Assembly (NCBI GenBank): GCA_013540605.1 | Contig: JABVCK010000027.1 | Coordinates: 171,976 to 235,975, forward strand | Source: Bacillota bacterium | Lineage (GTDB): Bacteria; Bacillota; Clostridia; Ch29 | Direction of reading: 5' to 3' | DNA length: 64,000 nt | Shown: positions 57,478 through 64,000 of the stretch, one piece after another | Numbering within the stretch: position 1 is the stretch's first letter | How the letters are laid out: each line of letters begins with the position of its first letter | Notes under the pieces: model-generated | What the model was told of the DNA's origin: nothing | Database searches by the model: none | Seen by the model: the letters and a program-made list of their open reading frames with translations, nothing else | Program-made: the position numbers and the translations under genes

Positions 57478-58778
57478 TCGCCTCCCTCCCCTGCGTCCGG
57501 GAACACGGCGTTTATCGCGCTCATCTTTACGCCGTACTCGTTCAGCTTCTTCTTCAAACCCCTGGAAATGCCGTGCTTCCTCACGTGCCTGCCGGTATCC
57601 TCCGGATTTTCCTCGTCTATCTCGAACTCGAACATCGGCACCGCCCGGTAGCTCATGCTCCTGCCGTCCGCAATCATTTCGTATATGCCGGAGCACACCC
57701 GCCTCCTGTTGGGCAGCTTCCTGAACTTCACCACTATGTCTATAGCCCTCGCTATGCGGTATTTGAGCGCCTGAAGGTCTACTCTCTTCCCCGATTCCAG
57801 TATCATGTCCGCAAAGTCGTCTATCACCTCCATGGGACCCAGGGAGTGGACAGTGCCTATGCTTCCGCTGTGCCCCCGGCTCATGGCCTTTACCAGTTCG
57901 TTCACCTCATGGCTTCGGCTTTCGCCCACCATCACCACGTCCACGTTCATGCGCAGCATGACGGCGAACAGGTCCTTGAGGGGGTAGTCCGGCTGCTCCT
58001 CCAGCTGCACCCAGTGCTTGTGCGGATACAGTTTCTCCGGCTGAACTTCAAAGGTGGTCTCAAGCAGGCCGTACACCAGGTCGTCCCGCATAAAGCTGAT
58101 CAGCCATTTCAGGAAAGTGGTCTTCCCGCTGCCCATCTCTCCCACAACCACCATGTTCGCCCTGCCCTTTACCAGGATATCCAGCACCTTTACCATTTCT
58201 TCCGTAACCGTCTCGGTCCTCAGCATGTTTTCAGTGGTGGGGACGAAGCTCTCAAACTTGCGTATGTTCAGGTAGGGCACCTTGCCGACCCTCGGGATTA
58301 CCGCCGTCACGCGGCTGCCGTCCATACGCTTCGCAAGGACGATACAGTTCTTCTCGTTTATGTCGATAGACCTGTTAAACTCCAGGCACCGCCGAATAAC
58401 CGCCAGAATCTCGTCAACGTTTTCAAACCTTTCGGGCACTTCCCTTACTTCCCCCCTGCGCTGGATGAGGATTTTGGTGCCATGCACCATAATCTCGTCA
58501 ACATCCTCCGTATCGTACTTCTCCAAAAGCCCCAGTCCCCAGTTCTTTGCGTATATGCGGTCGGTCGCCTCCTCCAGGTCGCACCCGTCCGTTATTCCCT
58601 CCCGTACCAGTTCCTGCCGTATTAAAGCCTTTACGTATTTCCTCGCCTCCGGGTCGCCTGCAGAGCAGTTTATAAGCATTTCCGTATGCTTCTGCCGTAT
58701 CTCCGGGCTGCCGTCCCGCAGCGTGATCCTCTCCCGTATAATGCCGTTGAGCCTCTCAATCTCGTTGTCCTGCAGCAT
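57474..58778 (-). CDS. cpaF: CpaF/TadA pilus ATPase
   Basis: VDEIMV.G, DGSRV, IRKF, GEMGSGKTT, LRMN.D...VGESR, GHSGS.GTVH. Confidence 0.93.
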   Translation of the reverse strand: MLQDNEIERLNGIIRERITLRDGSPEIRQKHTEMLINCSAGDPEARKYVKALIRQELVREGITDGCDLEEATDRIYAKNWGLGLLEKYDTEDVDEIMVHGTKILIQRRGEVREVPERFENVDEILAVIRRCLEFNRSIDINEKNCIVLAKRMDGSRVTAVIPRVGKVPYLNIRKFESFVPTTENMLRTETVTEEMVKVLDILVKGRANMVVVGEMGSGKTTFLKWLISFMRDDLVYGLLETTFEVQPEKLYPHKHWVQLEEQPDYPLKDLFAVMLRMNVDVVMVGESRSHEVNELVKAMSRGHSGSIGTVHSLGPMEVIDDFADMILESGKRVDLQALKYRIARAIDIVVKFRKLPNRRRVCSGIYEMIADGRSMSYRAVPMFEFEIDEENPEDTGRHVRKHGISRGLKKKLNEYGVKMSAINAVFPDAGEGGD

Positions 58779-58805
58779 TACAATCGCCTCCCTCCTTATC
58801 CCTTC

Positions 58806-59609
58806 TCAGTTGAAGATGTTCCTGACGGCCTTCAGCCGGCTTACCGGGCCCCTGCCTGTCTTTTGCCCGACAGCCCTTCCTGCCATCGCCTCCGTCAGCC
58901 GGTTCAGGCTTTCACCGTTCCTTACATCCGGGCGATACCTGTACCCGTTTGCAAAATCAACCAGCGCCGGTGAATAGTACAGCTTTATCATACGGTTCCT
59001 GCCCGAAAACTCCTTTACATACCCTTCATCGAAGGAAACGCTGTCGTCACACCGGTTCAACACCAGGACGCCCTTTTCATCGATGATCTCCATAAGCCTT
59101 TCCGCATCCTTCTTGTCCATGCCCTCCAACTGCCTTCTGAAATGTGCGAATTCGCTCCTTGACGGTAAGGCTACTATTACCAGCTTGTCGGCAGCACCGG
59201 CTATGCCCATATTCTCCTCACAGGTTAAGCCCGCCCTGCCGTCCAGGAGTATATAGTCAAACAAGCCGCAGGCTGCGTCCTTTATCGTTTCTATATCGTC
59301 CGCCCCGAGAATGTCCATGTGATTATCCAGCCTGCTGCCCGCCAGCATGTACAGGTTATCCGACACCACGGTGCACAGGCCCTTTAACGTGTCGCCGGTA
59401 AGGCTTCGGGACGCAAGGAAGGGCTTGACATCGTCTGTACCGTACTTCGCATCGACCATAAAATATCTTTCTACGTCGCAGTACCGGAAATTGTTGTCAA
59501 TAACCAGCACCCTCTCTCCCGCCCCCGCCAGCTGCATTGCCGCCAGGCAGGCGACCGTTGTCCTCCCGGTACCGCACCTTATACTCTCAACAACGATCAG
59601 CTTTGTCAC
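58806..59609 (-). CDS. CpaE/TadZ MinD-like protein
   Basis: S...GTGRTT deviant Walker A, RVLVID, FDYILLD. Confidence 0.8.
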   Translation of the reverse strand: MTKLIVVESIRCGTGRTTVACLAAMQLAGAGERVLVIDNNFRYCDVERYFMVDAKYGTDDVKPFLASRSLTGDTLKGLCTVVSDNLYMLAGSRLDNHMDILGADDIETIKDAACGLFDYILLDGRAGLTCEENMGIAGAADKLVIVALPSRSEFAHFRRQLEGMDKKDAERLMEIIDEKGVLVLNRCDDSVSFDEGYVKEFSGRNRMIKLYYSPALVDFANGYRYRPDVRNGESLNRLTEAMAGRAVGQKTGRGPVSRLKAVRNIFN

Positions 59610-60319
59610 TGTTCACCGCCTCCTTCGCCGTTTTCGTCTCCGATCTGATGGATATCGCTGATTATGTCATAATGCCTGTTATCGCCGTGCAGGGCAACCC
59701 TGAACCTGTACAGGTGCTGTTCTATGCCGAGCAGCCTTATTATTTCGCCGTCACTCAGCATCACGATTATGTTCGCGGGATATGTCCCGTCCCTGGCCGC
59801 TCTGTCCGACGACGGGCTTTCATCCCTTACCGAAATCACCTCCAGCTTTTCAAACACCTTCTCCGGCACCCTGCCCGACTCCAGCCCCGCCTGGTTCGGC
59901 TGTATCCACAGGTCCACGTAACTGCCCTTCAGTATGCCGAGAACCCTGTCCTCCTTCGCCACCGGTATCGCAAACAGTGTGCCCTTTCTGCCGTCCATGT
60001 ACCTTTCGTCTTCGACAAGCCTTCCCGTATGGACGGGCTCGTTTTTGAACACCGGCGCCAGGGTCCTCTTTCCCACAACCTTGTCCGGTGATGAAACCAG
60101 CTGTTTTCCTTCCTTGACCAGGTCCGGCGCATATCTCCGGTCGATAGCCACCATATCCCCGGTTACTACCGTATTGGCCGGTATATCGACGGCCGCCACC
60201 ACCACACTGGCAAAAGGCACCTCGGTTTTTTGCTCTCTTATCTGTTCGTAGTAATAGACGACACCGGTTACGATAATTATGGCAATGGCAATAACGGTTT
60301 TTCCGCCCATCCTTTTCAA
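59606..60319 (-). CDS. cpaB: CpaB/RcpC SAF-domain pilus protein
   Basis: N-terminal TM, VVVAAVDIPANTVVT, VVGK, GSYVDL. Confidence 0.8.
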   Translation of the reverse strand: MKRMGGKTVIAIAIIIVTGVVYYYEQIREQKTEVPFASVVVAAVDIPANTVVTGDMVAIDRRYAPDLVKEGKQLVSSPDKVVGKRTLAPVFKNEPVHTGRLVEDERYMDGRKGTLFAIPVAKEDRVLGILKGSYVDLWIQPNQAGLESGRVPEKVFEKLEVISVRDESPSSDRAARDGTYPANIIVMLSDGEIIRLLGIEQHLYRFRVALHGDNRHYDIISDIHQIGDENGEGGGEQ

Positions 60320-61605
60320 TTATCCTTCCTCCCTCTCTTCAGACTGAACAGCTTCCCGAGACTGAAACCCCTTTCTTCTTCCCTGACGGGGTATATGTCC
60401 GAGCAGATAGCATCCGCCTGTTTCTCTATGGCTTCCGGCACCTTCCGGCGGTAGTCCATGTACATGTACGATTCCAGCAGGTACCTGTAAAATTCGGGTT
60501 CAAAGTCAACGGCAAACGCCTTTTCCATGCCCAGGCCGCTCTCCGGGCCGTCATTCTCAATTCCCGGTATGGGCCCGTTGAACATGGCCAGTATATCCCC
60601 GGCCTTTACCCCGCATCTCATATGCCTGTTCACCACCAGACGCATCTTGCTGGGGTTGACGCCCGCCCCTGCCAGCTTCTTCAGGTATTCTTTGGTTGCC
60701 GGCACGTCCATAATGTTCAGATCGCACACAACGAAAAGGGCGTTCACCCCGTACTTCAGCAGGCTGTAATCGGTGTCGAAGTCCATGTCCACCAGCACAA
60801 CGTCGCTGTCGTACCGCACCTGCTCCAGGGCATTGAAAAAGTCGAATTCGTCGAGGCTTCCCTCCACCTGCGTGTACAGGCGGTAGTTCTCGCTCACCGC
60901 TACAGGATGTCTCATCCCTTTGTTCAGGTATTCCAGGCCCCTTTTCTCCTTGCCCTGCGCCCCATCCCCCCAGCATTTCAAATAAAAAAGCCGCTTGTTA
61001 GCGGTTAAATCAAGTACCACCACCTTTTTTCCCTTTTTGCCGAAACGGTCCGCAACCAGGTCTACCAGGGTTGTGGTGCCCGCCTTGCGGTTGCCCACAA
61101 AGGCCGCCACCTTGAAGTAGTCGGAGGGGATGCTGTACAGGTATTCCCTCCTTACCCTGGTCACTATACGCGTTTCTGGTTTCGCCCCGTTAATGCCTAC
61201 GCCGTCCGTGCCCTTTGCCGCGTCACCGGCAACCCTGCTCCTGACCATCCCGGCCACATCCGAAAAACTCCTGGGCCTCTCTATCAGCTCCGCCACATCC
61301 TCCGGCCTGACCGGGTCAAAAAGGATATCGTACACGCCCGCTGCCAGAGCCGCCCTTGCCGCATTGCTCCAGTTTCCGGCCAGAAATATTACCCTTACGC
61401 CCATACACCTGAGCCCGTATATAACGTCCGATATATCCTTCTCGCCCGGAAGGGATTCTGACAGTACCGCCACGTTCGCATTTTCTGCAGCCCGTTCCAC
61501 CGCCTCCCTGTAATACACCTCGTTCGGAAACTCGACGGAGCCGTTGCAGAGCGACTTAATGCCCTCGTCCAGGGCCCTGATGTTCGTAGCCAACAACACC
61601 TTCAT
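60316..61605 (-). CDS. TadZ/CpaE-like receiver-plus-ATPase protein
   Basis: Atypical receiver domain (GVYDILF.P) plus G...AGTTT, VVVLD, DVVLVD; RBS GGAGGTG. Confidence 0.72.
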   Translation of the reverse strand: MKVLLATNIRALDEGIKSLCNGSVEFPNEVYYREAVERAAENANVAVLSESLPGEKDISDVIYGLRCMGVRVIFLAGNWSNAARAALAAGVYDILFDPVRPEDVAELIERPRSFSDVAGMVRSRVAGDAAKGTDGVGINGAKPETRIVTRVRREYLYSIPSDYFKVAAFVGNRKAGTTTLVDLVADRFGKKGKKVVVLDLTANKRLFYLKCWGDGAQGKEKRGLEYLNKGMRHPVAVSENYRLYTQVEGSLDEFDFFNALEQVRYDSDVVLVDMDFDTDYSLLKYGVNALFVVCDLNIMDVPATKEYLKKLAGAGVNPSKMRLVVNRHMRCGVKAGDILAMFNGPIPGIENDGPESGLGMEKAFAVDFEPEFYRYLLESYMYMDYRRKVPEAIEKQADAICSDIYPVREEERGFSLGKLFSLKRGRKDN

Positions 61606-61671
61606 GCACTTTCACCTCCGATTCGAATCTCGTGGTCAGGGGCGTCCAGCCCCTGAAACACGGCATTTCTT

Positions 61672-61695
61672 ACAGCGACTACATGTAGTCGCTGT
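61672..61695. repeat. Perfect 24-bp palindrome at the transposon-remnant end
   Basis: ACAGCGACTACATGTAGTCGCTGT. Confidence 0.8.
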
Positions 61696-61698
61696 TGA

Positions 61699-62074
61699 CT
61701 ATTTCATACTGTATAGCAAACCTCTCAGATGTTCTACTTCAACTTTTAGTCTTTTTGTTTTCTTCTTCGAGTTTGGCTATACGTCTGTCTTTTGCCGCTA
61801 TGATCACATCCTTGGATTTTGATGTCTTGTCATATCTGGCTCTATTGTTCATTTCTTTACACACTTCTGCCAAGCGGAGCTGCTCGATTCTTTCCCTGGT
61901 TGTTCTATCATCGTACAGGAAACTCTTTGATACACCGCTTGTTTTGGCCACACTATTAAAGTTAATCTTAGCACCTTTTATTTGAAGTTCATTGATTGCA
62001 GCTTCAGCCCTTGCACGTGCTCCGTCTGCCCTTTGTTTCCAGTTTGCCTCAAGCCCCTTCATGCTTCCTGCCAT
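61699..62074 (-). pseudogene. Tn554 TnpC-like (DUF6262) protein, frameshifted near the C-terminus
   Basis: INFNSVAK.SGVSKSFLY; the coiled coil continues in another frame to TAG at about 61699. Confidence 0.72.
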
Positions 62075-62631
62075 CTAGCATTCCTCCCGGAGGCTGCCGT
62101 TCTTATGGACGGTCCCCTCCTTACGGATACGCTCCAGCATCTTCTCCAGCAAGTTCAGGTACTCCGTATTCTTTTTCTCCCAGTCTTGTCGTCCGGTCTT
62201 CCGGCTGATATCTATTAGTTCCAATACCCGCCTGATTTCCTCCTCGAATTCGGGAATGTTCTCCTTGGTACTGCAGAAGCTGGAACATTCCAGGCAGTGG
62301 ACCATCTGCTGTCTGCAGGCAATCTTTGAGGGCTTGAAACATGTGCCGAATGGTACACGCACAGCATCCAGGTTCTTCCTGACGTATTCGTAACGTATGC
62401 TTTTTTCCTGTTCCTGCCCTGTGCCGGTTTTTTGGGTCTGGCGGCTGTCTTCCAGATGGAACAGGTTAAGCTTTTCGATCTCCTTCCATTTCTCATATAG
62501 GGCATTCTCGGAGACCTTTGCATAGTGCAGTGTCATCTGGAGGCTGCAATGCCCGAGGATCTGCTGGATGATGCCTATCGGCATCCCCTGTTCCGCATAC
62601 TCCATGGCTCTTGTATGCCGAAAATGGGGAG
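62075..62631 (-). pseudogene. C-terminal fragment of a Tn554 TnpB-like tyrosine recombinase
   Basis: FRHT, IQQILGH.S..MT.HYA, Cys-rich C-terminus. Confidence 0.78.
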
Positions 62632-62810
62632 CTCCCCATTATCGGCATACAACGGCGATGCATTTACTTCAATCGGGAGTTGACATTAATCTTATTCGCA
62701 TGTGGCTTGGGCATGTCAATCTCGACACCACACATGGCTATATCGAGGCCGACGTTGAAATGAAAAGGGCCGCCCTTGAAAAAGGCGGCATTACACCAGG
62801 GAATGCTTCG
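62632..62810 (+). pseudogene. C-terminal fragment of a RIT-type tyrosine recombinase
   Basis: RHTTAMHLLQSGVDI..IR.WLGH..LDTT..Y..AD.EMKR.AL. Confidence 0.78.
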
Positions 62811-62818
62811 TACACGTC

Positions 62819-63148
62819 AAGGGCGGCCATGTGCCTGTGCTTTTATGGACACTCAAGGAAAAAGACCTGCGGGCCCTTGACCACTATGAGGGATATCCCC
62901 ACTTTTACCGCAAGAAAATTCTCAATGTGGAGCTAAAAGGCAAGACCGTCCCCGCCATGGGGTATATCATGAACGACGGCCATCCTTTCGGCGCGCCCTC
63001 GGATTATTACCTGAACACCATCCTGGAAGGTTATGAAAGCGCGGGTTTTGACACCGAGGTTCTGGAGCGGGCGGTGGAGAAATCCATCCGGCTGGCCGGG
63101 GAACAGCAACCGGAACAGGAAAACCTGTTTGACCTGAAGTGGTGGTGA
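62819..63148 (+). pseudogene. Gamma-glutamylcyclotransferase-family protein, 5'-truncated
   Basis: VPVLLW....D..ALD.YEGYP.FY.K, PS..YL.TI.EGY. Confidence 0.72.
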
Positions 63149-64000
63149 TGGCGATGGCCGATCCCGCAACCATTACCCTTGCGGTCAGGGCCGCCATCGC
63201 CGCGGCAACCGACAAAAGGACGTGGAAGGCCGCCGGCATCCTCGTCGCCGCCATCCTGACGCCCTTTATCCTTATCATCGTGATGATCGTGAGCCTGCTC
63301 TCAGCCACGGCGGATCATAACAACGCAGCCATAGACCTCTGTTTTAACGGCGGCGCGATTTCCTCCCAAATGCCGGATGATTACGCCGCTTACATTCGGG
63401 ATATGCGCGACAGCTTTGCCAAGCTCGACACCGCCATCTCCGACATATCCTCACGGGTGGAAGACGGGGGCATCGACGGTATCAGGGTTAAGGCGATTTT
63501 TTATTCTCTGTTTTTCGGCGCCGAAAATCTCCGGATGGACGGCGCGGACTACCGGGCCTTCGCCGAATGCTTTGTGCGGTACGAAACCCGCACCCGCGCC
63601 GTGGAGGATGTGGACGGCAACGAAACCGGGGAAACCTACACCGTGGCCGTGCCGCTCAAGTCCCTGCCGGAGATCTACGGCAACCTCGAAAGTACCTTGG
63701 GCAGGACGGTCACCAATGAGGATAAGGCCAACGCATCGGAGATTTACTACCGCGTTTTATATGGCGGCAGCGTCCCCACCTATGGTGAGGAATTCAATGC
63801 ATGGGCAAACGGACTGCCGCTGTCCGACGCGCCCTTTGTCGGAGCGGACGGCTTCTGTTCTCCCCTTGGTGAAAACTGGCGCGACATGGTCACCTCGGAA
63901 TTCGGCTACAGGACCGATCCCTTCACCGGCCAGCGCAAGGGACACTCCGGACTGGACCTGGGCGCGCCCAAAGGGACGCCAATCCGCGTGGCGCTGGACG
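63148..64000 (+). CDS. Conjugation-associated M23 peptidase / cell wall hydrolase (partial, runs off the window; missing from the ORF track)
   Basis: Open frame from ATG 63148: N-terminal TM, then VTSEFGYRTDP...HSGLDLGAP.GTPI. Confidence 0.85.
   Translation, partial: MAMADPATITLAVRAAIAAATDKRTWKAAGILVAAILTPFILIIVMIVSLLSATADHNNAAIDLCFNGGAISSQMPDDYAAYIRDMRDSFAKLDTAISDISSRVEDGGIDGIRVKAIFYSLFFGAENLRMDGADYRAFAECFVRYETRTRAVEDVDGNETGETYTVAVPLKSLPEIYGNLESTLGRTVTNEDKANASEIYYRVLYGGSVPTYGEEFNAWANGLPLSDAPFVGADGFCSPLGENWRDMVTSEFGYRTDPFTGQRKGHSGLDLGAPKGTPIRVALD

Larger units (their letters stand above)
22257..61615. mobile_element. Large serine-recombinase integrative element (IME/ICE-like); distal end not located in the window
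   Basis: Recombinase abuts the broken host gene; repressor switch, coupling protein, relaxase, radC, ParM/R and Tad cluster follow. Confidence 0.75.

Noticed and set aside
55428-57696. Long N-terminal extensions of the flp, tadC and tadB ORFs in the track
   Set aside because: They overlap upstream genes in other frames; starts were reassigned using RBS and leader motifs
22257-64000. Second att site and 5' half of the PRK06851-family gene
   Set aside because: Not found by eye in this window, so the distal boundary cannot be called
1-64000. tRNA or rRNA genes
   Set aside because: No recognisable cloverleaf or rRNA sequence seen

Overview
Chromosomal window from a spore-forming Clostridia-like Firmicute. 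Bases 1-22.2 kb are host genome: hisC end, sspH, a ZIP transporter, a P-type ATPase under a yybP-ykoY riboswitch, T-box tyrS and sdpR-sdpI, interspersed with decayed mobile DNA (IS1634 with a 42-bp target duplication, a degenerate class IIC group II intron, a dead TnpB). At about 22,257 a large serine recombinase element interrupts a PRK06851-family gene and runs to at least about 61.6 kb; its other end is not in the window. The element carries a phage/ICE-type repressor switch, an integron-like cassette with an aminoglycoside nucleotidyltransferase-like gene, ISL3 and IS3, a DruA-like gene plus a NurA-HerA pair, a coupling protein with a PD-(D/E)xK relaxase, a structured putative leading region (hairpin ssDNA promoter, 260-bp repeats, radC), ParM/ParR with parC-like repeats, and a Tad/Flp pilus operon with an SLH protein and two giant Ig-like surface proteins. 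No VirB4 is visible in it. From 61.7 kb onward there are Tn554/RIT-like recombinase remnants and the start of a second conjugative-element region. All calls come from reading motifs by eye; no database search or folding computation was run.
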